A DNA stretch of 64,000 nt from an uncultured Bacillota bacterium (GTDB lineage: Bacteria > Bacillota_I > Bacilli_A > RFN20 > CAG-288), in assembly GCA_949290645.1 (NCBI GenBank), contig CASESG010000007.1, forward strand, positions 8,103 through 72,102, given 5' to 3'. The position numbers were made by a program, and so were the translations under genes. Below are positions 19,381 to 27,874 of the stretch, one piece after another. Under the pieces are notes generated by a model. That model was not told where the DNA came from. It did not search any database and saw only the letters and a program-made list of their open reading frames with translations. Each line of letters starts with the position of its first letter. The stretch's first letter is position 1.

Positions 19381-20027
19381 AAGCTATCGTCATCGGATGC
19401 GGAAGATTGGGTTCCGCCATCGCCCTTGAGCTCTATCGCAAGGGAAACGAAGTGACGGTCGTCGACAAGGACAGCGACAGCTTCGCCCTTCTGGGCAACG
19501 AGTTCAACGGCAACACCATCGTCGGCATCGGCTTCGACAAGAACGTCCTGGAGGAAGCCGGAATCCAGTTCCAGGATGCCGTCATCTGCACGACCGACTC
19601 GGACGAGGTCAACGTTCTCTGCGGAAAGATCAGCAAGGACATCTTCATGGTCCCGCAGGTCGTCGCCCGTCTCTACGATCCGCGCAAGGCCAAGATCTTC
19701 GAAAGCCTCGGGATCAAGACGATCTCGACGACCGGATACGGAGTCGACCGGGCTATCGAACTTCTCAGCTACGACAAGATGGACTCCATCACGCTTTTGG
19801 GAGCGAGAGGGGACACGGAGCTGGTTCGCATCCATGCCACCAGCAACGTCGAAGGAGCCCTGGCTCACGAGCTGACGGTCAACGGCGAGTTCACCCTCCT
19901 TGCCATCGTTCGGGACAAGGAGTCCTTCCTTCCCAAAGCCGACGATGTCATCAAGACCGACGATATCCTCTACTTCGCCGTCGACATTCAGAAGAAGCAC
20001 AAGTTGAAAGTGCTCTTGGGCATCTAG
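19377..20027 (+). CDS. RCK-domain protein (TrkA/KtrA-type, RCK_N plus RCK_C)
   Basis: MKAIVIGCGRLGSAIALELYRKGNEVTVVDKD (Rossmann GxGxxG) plus a C-terminal RCK_C-like half. The start overlaps the ATPase stop (ATGA). Confidence 0.85.
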   Translation: MKAIVIGCGRLGSAIALELYRKGNEVTVVDKDSDSFALLGNEFNGNTIVGIGFDKNVLEEAGIQFQDAVICTTDSDEVNVLCGKISKDIFMVPQVVARLYDPRKAKIFESLGIKTISTTGYGVDRAIELLSYDKMDSITLLGARGDTELVRIHATSNVEGALAHELTVNGEFTLLAIVRDKESFLPKADDVIKTDDILYFAVDIQKKHKLKVLLGI

Positions 20028-20039
20028 GAGGAACAGAGT

Positions 20040-20711
20040 ATGAAAGTCATTATCATCGGTGGCGGTCAAGTCGGAACCTACATGGCTGACCTACTGATCA
20101 AGAATAAATGCCAATTCGTTATCATCGAGGAAAATCGTCAAAGGGCGCATAAACTCAAGGAGCGCTATGGCGAGGATCATGTACTGCTAGGGAACGGAAC
20201 CTCCCCGACCATCTTGGAATCGGCGGAATGCGACAAGGCCGATGTCGTCACCTGCGTCACGGGTGCCGATGAGGTCAACCTCGTTGCTTCCACGATCGCA
20301 AAGTTCGAGTTCCAGGCTCCGCGGGTCATCGCTCGTGTCAACAATCCGGTCAACGCCTGGCTCTTCAACCTCGGCATGGGTGTCGATGCCTCGGTCAACC
20401 AGGCGGACATCATCTCGCACATGGTCGTCGAGGAGATGTCCATGAAGTCCCTCATGACCTTGATGCAACTCTCCCGCGGTGGCTATTCCATCATCCAGCT
20501 CACGGTCCAGGAGCAGAGCCTTGCCGTCGGCAAGGCCATCAAGGACATCCGTCTGCCCTCTTCCTGTTTGATGATCGCCATCTATCGCGGCGAGACGATG
20601 CTGATTCCGCACGGCAACACTTCCATCTTCCCGGGCGACAAGATCATGCTCTTCTCCGACAGCAAGGCACACGAAAAGCTCGACGAGCTCTTCGGAAACT
20701 CGAAGGCCTGA
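20040..20711 (+). CDS. Second RCK-domain protein (TrkA/KtrA-type)
   Basis: MKVIIIGGGQVGTYMADLLIKNKCQFVIIEEN plus an RCK_C-like C-terminus. It starts 12 nt after the first RCK gene. Confidence 0.85.
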   Translation: MKVIIIGGGQVGTYMADLLIKNKCQFVIIEENRQRAHKLKERYGEDHVLLGNGTSPTILESAECDKADVVTCVTGADEVNLVASTIAKFEFQAPRVIARVNNPVNAWLFNLGMGVDASVNQADIISHMVVEEMSMKSLMTLMQLSRGGYSIIQLTVQEQSLAVGKAIKDIRLPSSCLMIAIYRGETMLIPHGNTSIFPGDKIMLFSDSKAHEKLDELFGNSKA

Positions 20712-20733
20712 AAAGGAATACGACTCTAAATTC

Positions 20734-20780
20734 GGCTTCCTTTCGCTCCCTTTTTTGGAAGTTGAGAGGAAGCCTTTTCT
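20734..20780 (+). terminator. Hairpin plus T-run after the RCK genes
   Basis: GGCTTCCT (20734-20741) pairs with AGGAAGCC (20767-20774), followed by TTTTCT. The loop is large, so the call is tentative. Confidence 0.45.
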
Positions 20781-21050
20781 GAATGAAAAGAGTCAACAAT
20801 CGTTATTTAAGGATATCTTCAGGATAATTTTAGCAGTCGGCCATTGATTCTCTTATTGTAGTACATAGCAAAAAAAATATATGGAGATAGAAAGGATAAA
20901 TAGGTCTCTTGAAGGTCATCGAAAAAGCATCTCTTTCTGGAAAAAGTCAGAAGAAAGGAACTTTATCTAGGACAGCAACAAAATCGTTGATTCTTCTCTT
21001 CAAACGAAAGACGTGGATTGGTCTTTTTCTGACACCCATCCTTAAGGAAT

Positions 21051-21079
21051 TTGTTTCGCTTACAGCCTTATGCTAAAAT
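21051..21079 (+). promoter_or_regulatory. Putative promoter of the peptidase-lipoprotein cassette (TTGTTT-17-TGcTAAAAT)
   Basis: TTGTTT at 21051-21056, 17-nt spacer, and extended -10 TGcTAAAAT ending at 21079. It lies in an AT-rich 340-nt intergenic region. Confidence 0.5.
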
Positions 21080-21125
21080 GAACTCAACGCACGAGTTGTT
21101 GCTTCGTGAGGGAGGAGATTGGTTT

Positions 21126-22130
21126 ATGTTTTTCCGTTCCTCGATTGCTCTCCCGCTTCTGTTTTCGACCTTTGCCATCGGCCAAAAGACCCAAGATCCC
21201 ATGTGCGATGGATATCTTCCGGTTTTACGACGTTTTACCAAATCCGAAGCTTGGTGCGGAACGAAAAGGACGATTCGGGATAAAAGTCAAAAGGAGTATG
21301 AATATTTCCCACTTCGGGAGAGTGGCCGATACCTCGGCTATGTTCTATGCGATGGGACGGGGGAATTCCTTCAAGCCTACTTGAGTGACAAACCATCGAC
21401 CAGAGAAATTCTGCCGACTATTTTTCCGTTTGCGGATGAGGTAGAAACTCTTCAGCCAAAAGCAGCGAAGAACAAATCGGCCGCGGAGATTTTCTTTCCT
21501 TGGCATTATCCGGAAGTTCAGAATCCAAATTCCTCTTATTCATGGACGGATACAAGCGACTATAGCCAGTACTTCTGGCTGGAAGGCGTTCCGGAGTACT
21601 ACTGGAGTTCGGGATGTACGCCGACCGCAGCAGCGATGTTTGTTTCGTATCTAGATCGCTATTGTCCGGATTTTCAAACCCTTATCGATGGCTTTCTTCC
21701 TCTGAAAACTCCGCTTCCAATCCTGGACGAGGACAATGTCAATGGCAATGCCGTCGAATGGGTTATCGATGAGTTGGCCGACTGCATGGGGACGAAAGAT
21801 GGACAGACATTGGATATCGGCATCTGCGGAGGAATCGAGAATTATTTTGCCCGGCATGGTGTGGAAGACTACTATATGAAGAGTTCGACGGATTATTCGC
21901 TGCTGACTTGTATCGTTCGTGAGGCAAGACTGCCTGTTGTAGTCGATATCAAAACGGACGTCTATGGGGATGTCGATCATACCGTTCTGGTCTATGGATA
22001 TGTTTATCGCCCTTATCAAGTTTTGCCTGATCTCATCTGTCGTTCTACTTGGACAAGTGCACCTGGCAACTATTTCTTCTCGCCCAATCATTTCTTCGAT
22101 TACCGATACGTGACCAACGTTTCTCACTGA
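21126..22130 (+). CDS. Secreted papain-fold cysteine peptidase (C10/C39/C47-like catalytic dyad)
   Basis: Signal-like N-terminus MFFRSSIALPLLFSTFAIGQ. Putative catalytic Cys in WSSGCTPTAAAMFVSYLD and catalytic His in DVDHTVLVYGYVY. Start at ATG 21126 (GGAGGAG 8 nt upstream). Composition is visibly more AT-rich than the neighbours. Confidence 0.7.
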   Translation: MFFRSSIALPLLFSTFAIGQKTQDPMCDGYLPVLRRFTKSEAWCGTKRTIRDKSQKEYEYFPLRESGRYLGYVLCDGTGEFLQAYLSDKPSTREILPTIFPFADEVETLQPKAAKNKSAAEIFFPWHYPEVQNPNSSYSWTDTSDYSQYFWLEGVPEYYWSSGCTPTAAAMFVSYLDRYCPDFQTLIDGFLPLKTPLPILDEDNVNGNAVEWVIDELADCMGTKDGQTLDIGICGGIENYFARHGVEDYYMKSSTDYSLLTCIVREARLPVVVDIKTDVYGDVDHTVLVYGYVYRPYQVLPDLICRSTWTSAPGNYFFSPNHFFDYRYVTNVSH

Positions 22131-22144
22131 TGGAGGTATGAAAG

Positions 22145-22672
22145 ATGAAAAAGAGAAATGCTTTTCTTGCTCTTACCTTGATCTGTTTGACGTCCTGCAA
22201 GTCGACAGGTGAATACGACTTGACGAATTATCCGTCAGCCAGGATTTCCATCTATTGTCTTGACGAGAAATACAACGGGCATTGCGTGGAAATTACGGAC
22301 TCCGCTCAGCAATCTTTGATATGCGATCTGTTCGATGATAATTTGGACAATCTGGATTACTATAGCGATGTCAAGCCACATGTGATTGGGCAATTATATA
22401 TTTCTGTAAACCGTTATTCGGTCTGGTTTGACGATGGAGGCAATGGATTTAGCTGGGGTATGGAGTGGAACGACGAAGACGAGAAGATAGAATACTATCT
22501 TTCGAATATCTACGATGAGGAAACGATGACAAATGCTCCCAGGCTCAAGGCGAGCAGCAAAGACAGAAAAACCTATCTCATGATTCAATATCTTTACGAG
22601 AGCCAGATCACGGAGAAGAACAAGATTCACTCCTCTGCCCCCTTCCTCCCGCGGATGTTCGAATATGAGTAA
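22145..22672 (+). CDS. Lipoprotein of unknown function, partner of the cysteine peptidase
   Basis: Lipobox in MKKRNAFLALTLICLTSC. GGAGGT lies 7 nt upstream and the gene starts 14 nt after the peptidase stop. It is a paralog of the lipoprotein at 29817..30362. Confidence 0.75.
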   Translation: MKKRNAFLALTLICLTSCKSTGEYDLTNYPSARISIYCLDEKYNGHCVEITDSAQQSLICDLFDDNLDNLDYYSDVKPHVIGQLYISVNRYSVWFDDGGNGFSWGMEWNDEDEKIEYYLSNIYDEETMTNAPRLKASSKDRKTYLMIQYLYESQITEKNKIHSSAPFLPRMFEYE

Positions 22673-22700
22673 AGGAGGGAAGCTTGGAAGATAGATCTGT

Positions 22701-25700
22701 TTAGGCAAGCTTCCTCAGACTTTCCGTCAGGAACAGAAGGTCGTTGAGATAGTCTTTCGTTTTGGTCAGAAGGAATTCGAATTGGCGTTGCTTGATCTTG
22801 ACTCGAAGCTTTCCGAAGAGGGGACGCAGTTCCTCCTCGAGTTTCTTGTAGAGCATCGGTCGGTTGGAAAAATCCTCGCTGGCGAGCAGGTCGTAGACTC
22901 CAAGGCCCTCCTGGAAGGAGGAGAAGATTCCGCTGTTGAGGATGATCTCGATCTGCCTCTTGATGAGAAGGTTGGCGACCTCCTCGGGATAGGGACCGTA
23001 GACATCCCGAAGCTTCTTTCCGAAGAGGGAGAGGGACTTCTCTTCTCTGCAGTCGGAGAGCTCTCGGTACATGTTGATCCTCTGCTCCTCGTTTCCGTAG
23101 TCGCTGGGAATGTGCGCATCCAGGGAGAAGGAGAGCTCGAAGTCGGATCGATTCTTCTTTTCCTGAGCCTTGTCGACGACGCTCTTCTCCTTGAGGACTT
23201 CCTCGAGCAGTTCCATGTAGGCGTCATAGCCAAGGGAATCGACGAATCCGGCCTGTTCGGATCCGAGAATGTCCCCGGCTCCGCGGATGTTGAGGTCTTG
23301 CATGGCAATCTTGTATCCGCTCCCCAGTTCGGCGAAATCCTTGAGGGCCTTGAGTCTCTTCTTGGCCTCGTCCGTGATTTTTCCAGAACTCTTGAAGAAG
23401 AAATAGGCATAGGCCAAGCGGTCGCTTCGTCCCACCCGTCCCTTGATCTGATAGAGTTGGGCCAAGCCGAAGTGGTCCGCGTTTTCCACGATGATGGTAT
23501 TGACGTTCGGGATGTCCAAACCGGATTCGATGATGGAGGTGCAGACCAGGATGTCGATCTCGGCCGCATAGAAGGAAGACATCACACGCTCAATTTCTTC
23601 CTTCTCCATTCGGGCATGGACGACAGCGACTTTGGCACTGGGAAACATCTTTTCAATCTTGCTCGCTGTCATAAAAATTGTCTTAATATCATTGTGAAGG
23701 AAGTAGACTTGTCCTCTTCTTTGGAGTTCTTTTCCGATGACTTCCTCAATCAATTCCCAATCCATCTTGGCGACATAGGTCTTGACGGGCATGCGGTTGA
23801 TGGGAGGCTCTTCCAGGAGGGAGAGGGAGCGGACGTGAAGCAAGGACATCTGCATCGTCCTCGGGATGGGGGTGGCCGTCAGGGTGAGACAGTCGACGTC
23901 CTTGCTTCTCTCCTTGATCTTCTCCTTGTGAGCGACGCCGAACTTCTGTTCCTCGTCGATGATGAGAAGGCCTAGATCCTTGAAGACGATCTGGTCGGAG
24001 AGCAGGCGGTGCGTTCCGATGACGAGGTCGATCTCCCCATCCTTGATCTTCTGGATGTTCTTCTTCTGTTCTTTCTCGTTGACGAAGCGGGAGAAGACAC
24101 AGATCCGCACGCCAAAGCTCTCGAAGCGGGCCTTGGCGACTTTGTAGTGCTGGTCGGCGAGGATGGTCGTCGGGCAGAGGAAGGCGACCTGCTTGTGGTC
24201 CAATATGGCCTTGAAGGCCGCATAGAAGGCAATCTCGGTCTTTCCGAATCCGACATCCCCGGCGATCAGGCGATCCATCGGATAGGGAGATTCCATGTCC
24301 TTCTTGACGTCCTCTATGGCTTGGAGCTGGGAACGGGTATAGGGATAGGGGAAAGTCGAAAGGAAGCTGTGTTCCAGCTCCTCTTCGGACGGGAAGGCGT
24401 GTCCGACTTCTTTCTGTCTCTGGGAATAGAGGGAGAGAAGCTGGTCGGCCAGGAAGGAGATCTTGCTTCGGATGCGGCTTTTCTTCCGCGACCAGGTCGA
24501 GCCGCCGAGCTTGTCCAAAGTGGGAGCGTGTCCTTCGCGAGAGGCGTATTTCCGGATCAATCGATACTGATTGAGAGGAAGATAGAAGACAGCCTGATCC
24601 GCGTACTGGATCTTCAGGTATTCCAAACCATCCAGGGTGGCGACACCGACATAGCGACCCACGCCATGGACTTCGTGGACGACATAGTCTCCTTCCTTGA
24701 GGTCTTCGTAGCGGCGGATGATCTTGCTCTCCTTGTAGCGGGAGAGGAAGCGGGACTTCTGGTCGCTGACACCATAGATCTCCTTTGCGGAGAGATAGAC
24801 GTGCTTCTCTTTCGGGATCTCGAATCCGTGCGTCAGCTTTCCTTCGATGAGCATGATGTCCTCGTGATGAGGCTCGATGCCGAAGGGAATTCCTCTTCCC
24901 TGAAGATAGTTCCGGTAGTTGGTGAGGTTGGGCTCCGGAAGGACGATGCGGATCTTGTATTCTTCGTTTCGATATTGCCTGAGGACTTGGTCGCTTTCGG
25001 CATAGCTCAAGGCCCGATAGGAGTTCTCGCGCAAAAGGAATTCCTTCTCCTCATCGCTTTCGACCCTGCGGAAAGAGGAGAGGTCGGGATTCTTCCTGAG
25101 ATAGATTCCTTCTTCCGGCAAGGAGAATCCGCTTGCGACGCTCTTGTGGAAGTATTCGTCTTCCTTCTTCCAGCTCTCCTTCAGGGAAGAGAGGATTTCC
25201 TTGGCATGGAAGAGATAGCACTGGTAATCCCCGATGTAGTCCAGAAGGGTCTCGGCCTTGTCGGTGAAAAGGGGATAGAAGCGCTCGTCGATGCTGGGAA
25301 GGTATCCTCTCTCGGCCTGGAGCAGAAGCGCTGAGAGCCGTTCGGAGAGGTCGTCGAAAGCAAGGCGCTCGCTCTTTTCGGACAAGGAATGAAGCTCCTT
25401 CTCGACAATCAAGGAACCTCTTCTCTGCTCCTCGGGTTCGAGGAGGAAGAGGGAGCAGGGATGGATGTCGATCTGTTCGACGTGCTGGAAGGAGAGCTCG
25501 TCCCTGACGTTGAAGAGACGGATGTCGTCGATCTCATCCCCGAAGAACTCGATTCGGACAGGATTTTGGTGGCTGGGGTCGTCGATGTCGATGATCCCTC
25601 CGCGATGGGCAAATTCCCCGGCGTGTTCGACGCGGTTGACGCTCTGATAACCCAAGGAGAGAAGCTTGCTCTGGAATTGGGGTAGAGAAATGAAATCTCC

Positions 25701-26126
25701 TTTCTTCAAAGACAAGGTGTTTTTGACATAACGCTCTTTTGGAAGAATCTGAAGGATGCTTGATGAGATATGGGCGACAAGGATGGACGGATTGTCGCTG
25801 AAGATGGAGGACAAAGCCAGGGAACGCTCTTCGTCCATCTCGGGGGAGACACCGATCGCCGAGGTGCGGAAGATCTCGTCGAAGGGGAAGAAATAGCATT
25901 CGTCCTCGCTCACGTAGTCTCCCAAGAACTGATAGAAGCTCTCCGCTTCGTAGAGGGTCGGGAAGAGGAAGAACATCTTTCTCTTCTGGTCGTTGAAGCT
26001 CAGGGCCGCAAGCATCGCCAAAGCTTCGGGAGAGGAGCAGAAAAGGTCTTCTCCCTGACTGATTCTCTGTTCGTTCTTCTCGTGGAAGAGATAAGTGAAG
26101 AGAGAGAGTTTGTTCAGGACGGACAT
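22701..26126 (-). CDS. mfd: Transcription-repair coupling factor
   Basis: 1141 aa with a CarD-like RNAP-interacting domain (GDYVVHEVHGVGRYVG), superfamily 2 helicase motifs GDVGFGKTEIA and DEEQKFGV, and a TRCF C-terminal domain. Confidence 0.95.
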   Translation of the reverse strand: MSVLNKLSLFTYLFHEKNEQRISQGEDLFCSSPEALAMLAALSFNDQKRKMFFLFPTLYEAESFYQFLGDYVSEDECYFFPFDEIFRTSAIGVSPEMDEERSLALSSIFSDNPSILVAHISSSILQILPKERYVKNTLSLKKGDFISLPQFQSKLLSLGYQSVNRVEHAGEFAHRGGIIDIDDPSHQNPVRIEFFGDEIDDIRLFNVRDELSFQHVEQIDIHPCSLFLLEPEEQRRGSLIVEKELHSLSEKSERLAFDDLSERLSALLLQAERGYLPSIDERFYPLFTDKAETLLDYIGDYQCYLFHAKEILSSLKESWKKEDEYFHKSVASGFSLPEEGIYLRKNPDLSSFRRVESDEEKEFLLRENSYRALSYAESDQVLRQYRNEEYKIRIVLPEPNLTNYRNYLQGRGIPFGIEPHHEDIMLIEGKLTHGFEIPKEKHVYLSAKEIYGVSDQKSRFLSRYKESKIIRRYEDLKEGDYVVHEVHGVGRYVGVATLDGLEYLKIQYADQAVFYLPLNQYRLIRKYASREGHAPTLDKLGGSTWSRKKSRIRSKISFLADQLLSLYSQRQKEVGHAFPSEEELEHSFLSTFPYPYTRSQLQAIEDVKKDMESPYPMDRLIAGDVGFGKTEIAFYAAFKAILDHKQVAFLCPTTILADQHYKVAKARFESFGVRICVFSRFVNEKEQKKNIQKIKDGEIDLVIGTHRLLSDQIVFKDLGLLIIDEEQKFGVAHKEKIKERSKDVDCLTLTATPIPRTMQMSLLHVRSLSLLEEPPINRMPVKTYVAKMDWELIEEVIGKELQRRGQVYFLHNDIKTIFMTASKIEKMFPSAKVAVVHARMEKEEIERVMSSFYAAEIDILVCTSIIESGLDIPNVNTIIVENADHFGLAQLYQIKGRVGRSDRLAYAYFFFKSSGKITDEAKKRLKALKDFAELGSGYKIAMQDLNIRGAGDILGSEQAGFVDSLGYDAYMELLEEVLKEKSVVDKAQEKKNRSDFELSFSLDAHIPSDYGNEEQRINMYRELSDCREEKSLSLFGKKLRDVYGPYPEEVANLLIKRQIEIILNSGIFSSFQEGLGVYDLLASEDFSNRPMLYKKLEEELRPLFGKLRVKIKQRQFEFLLTKTKDYLNDLLFLTESLRKLA

Positions 26127-26686
26127 CAGTGGTTGTATTGAGACATGGCTTTCTCGAAGGTGAACTTGAGGCTATACTCGAGCGCCTCGCAAGCCTTGGA
26201 GATGCCGTCCTTCCAAGCCGAGTAGACACTCGGGTCTTTCGGGGCGGAGAGGACGAAGTCCGGAGTGTTCTGGAACTGGGGACGTCCGATTCCGATGCGG
26301 ATTCTCTTGAATTCCTCGCTCTGCAGGACTTCGATGATGGACTTCAGCCCGTTGTGTCCGCCGGCCGAGCCCTTGAGCTTGAGACGGATGTGTCCCGGCT
26401 CGGTATCCATGTCATCGACAAGGACGATGAGGTCCTCCTTCTCGAGCTTGTAGAAATGCATCGCCTCGATCAAGGCCCTTCCGGAGAGATTGACGTAGGT
26501 CAAGGGCTTGAGCAACAGGACATCTTCGCCGAAGGCCTTTCCTTTTCCGACCAGGGAATGGAAATCCTTCTTCCGGATGTCGATCTGGAAGTCCTCGGCG
26601 AACAGGTCGAGGGCCTGAAAGCCCGAATTGTGTCTCGTGTCCTTGTAGATGTCTCCGTAGTTTCCGATTCCCAGGATCAGCCTCAT
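26126..26686 (-). CDS. pth: Peptidyl-tRNA hydrolase
   Basis: MRLILGIGNYGDIYKDTRHNSGF...GSAGGHNGLKSI. This is only the C-terminal 186 codons of track ORF 26126..27913. The start overlaps the rdgB stop and the stop overlaps the mfd start by 1 nt. Confidence 0.92.
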   Translation of the reverse strand: MRLILGIGNYGDIYKDTRHNSGFQALDLFAEDFQIDIRKKDFHSLVGKGKAFGEDVLLLKPLTYVNLSGRALIEAMHFYKLEKEDLIVLVDDMDTEPGHIRLKLKGSAGGHNGLKSIIEVLQSEEFKRIRIGIGRPQFQNTPDFVLSAPKDPSVYSAWKDGISKACEALEYSLKFTFEKAMSQYNH

Positions 26687-27282
26687 CTCTCTCCTCCCAA
26701 GTATGCGACCAACTTCTTCAGCGCCCTTCCCCTGTGGGAGACGCTGTTCTTCTCTTCCGGGCTGGCTTCGCCATAGGTCTTCTTCAGGGCATAGGAATAG
26801 AAGATGGGATCGTAGCCGAAGCCGTTTTGCTTTCCCTCTTTGAGCTTTCGGATGATCTCTCCCTTGTCTTCCCCGAGGAAGCACTTCTCCGTCTCTCTTT
26901 TCTCGTCGATGTAGGTCATCACCGTGAGGAAGGAAGCCCGTCTGTCCTCGATTTTCTCCATCTTCTCCAGGATGGCCTTGTTCTTCTCGAGATAGGAGTG
27001 TCCTTCCATGAAACGGGCGGAGTGGACACCCGGAAAACCATCCAGGGCAAGAATGGAAAGCCCGGAATCGTCGGCGAGGACGGCGATGTCCTTGCACTGG
27101 GAAGCGATGTCCTCGGCCTTGATCTTGCTGTTTCCCTCGAAGGTGTCGGAAGTCTCTTCCTTGGTTTCCTTCAAGCCGAGGTCGGCAAGGGAGAAGACCG
27201 CATATCCCAGGGGAGAGAGCATCTCTCTTACCTCTTCGACTTTGTGTGTGTTGTGTGTTGCGAATACGATTTTCTTGTTCAT
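26683..27282 (-). CDS. rdgB: Non-canonical purine NTP pyrophosphatase (RdgB/HAM1 family)
   Basis: KIVFATHNTHKVEEV, LADDSGLSILALDGFPGVHSARF, GFGYDPIF and SHRGRALKKL. Confidence 0.9.
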   Translation of the reverse strand: MNKKIVFATHNTHKVEEVREMLSPLGYAVFSLADLGLKETKEETSDTFEGNSKIKAEDIASQCKDIAVLADDSGLSILALDGFPGVHSARFMEGHSYLEKNKAILEKMEKIEDRRASFLTVMTYIDEKRETEKCFLGEDKGEIIRKLKEGKQNGFGYDPIFYSYALKKTYGEASPEEKNSVSHRGRALKKLVAYLGGER

Positions 27283-27340
27283 CGCCCTCTATTCTAAAGC
27301 AAGGGAAAAGAAGAGTAGAATAGTTCCGAGGAAAAACACC

Positions 27341-27871
27341 ATGGATTTGAAAGAAAAGAAATTGGCCTCCAAGGAAATCTACAAGGGAAGGATCATCAAT
27401 CTCTATGTCGACGATGTCCTTCTCCCCAGCGGAAAAGAGAGCAAGAGGGAGGTCGTCCGTCATTGCAAGGCCAGCGCCGTCTTGGCCATCAACGACAAGG
27501 ACGAAGTGATCCTGGAACGTCAGTATCGCTATCCATACGATGAGGTTTTGACCGAGATCCCGGCCGGCAAGTGCGACAAGGACGAAGATCCTCTCGACAC
27601 GGCCAAGAGGGAGCTGGAGGAAGAGACCGGATACCAGGCCAAAGAGATGACCTATCTCGGAAAGATCTATCCGACCTGCGCCTACACGGACGAAGTTATC
27701 TATATCTACCTTGCCAAGGACCTGGTGAAGACCAAGCAGCATCTCGACGAGGGGGAGTCTTTGGACTACGCCTTCGTTCCGATGAAAAAGCTCTTGGAAG
27801 ACATCGAGAAGGGCCTCGTCCCCGACGCCAAGACCTTGGCCGCCGTCGCCTTCTATCAGAACCGGAAGTAG
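27341..27871 (+). CDS. NUDIX hydrolase, ADP-ribose pyrophosphatase-like
   Basis: Nudix box GKCDKDEDPLDTAKRELEEETGY. The N-terminal LASKEIYKGRIINLYVDDVLLPSG is typical of NudF/YqkG-type enzymes. Start at ATG 27341. Confidence 0.85.
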   Translation: MDLKEKKLASKEIYKGRIINLYVDDVLLPSGKESKREVVRHCKASAVLAINDKDEVILERQYRYPYDEVLTEIPAGKCDKDEDPLDTAKRELEEETGYQAKEMTYLGKIYPTCAYTDEVIYIYLAKDLVKTKQHLDEGESLDYAFVPMKKLLEDIEKGLVPDAKTLAAVAFYQNRK

Positions 27872-27874
27872 ACG

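Noticed and set aside
22677-22714. 9-bp inverted repeat GGAAGCTTG / CAAGCTTCC between the lipoprotein gene and mfd as a terminator
   Set aside because: The right arm lies inside the last mfd codons, the loop is 19 nt, and no U-run follows on either strand. Too weak to call.
22782-25334. Plus-strand ORFs 22782..23975 and 24009..25334
   Set aside because: Antisense shadows of mfd.
27243-27260. GT-rich microsatellite-like run (GTGTGTGTT x2) as a possible phase-variation tract
   Set aside because: It is an in-frame coding duplication (THNTHK) at the rdgB N-terminus. It is imperfect and only two units long.
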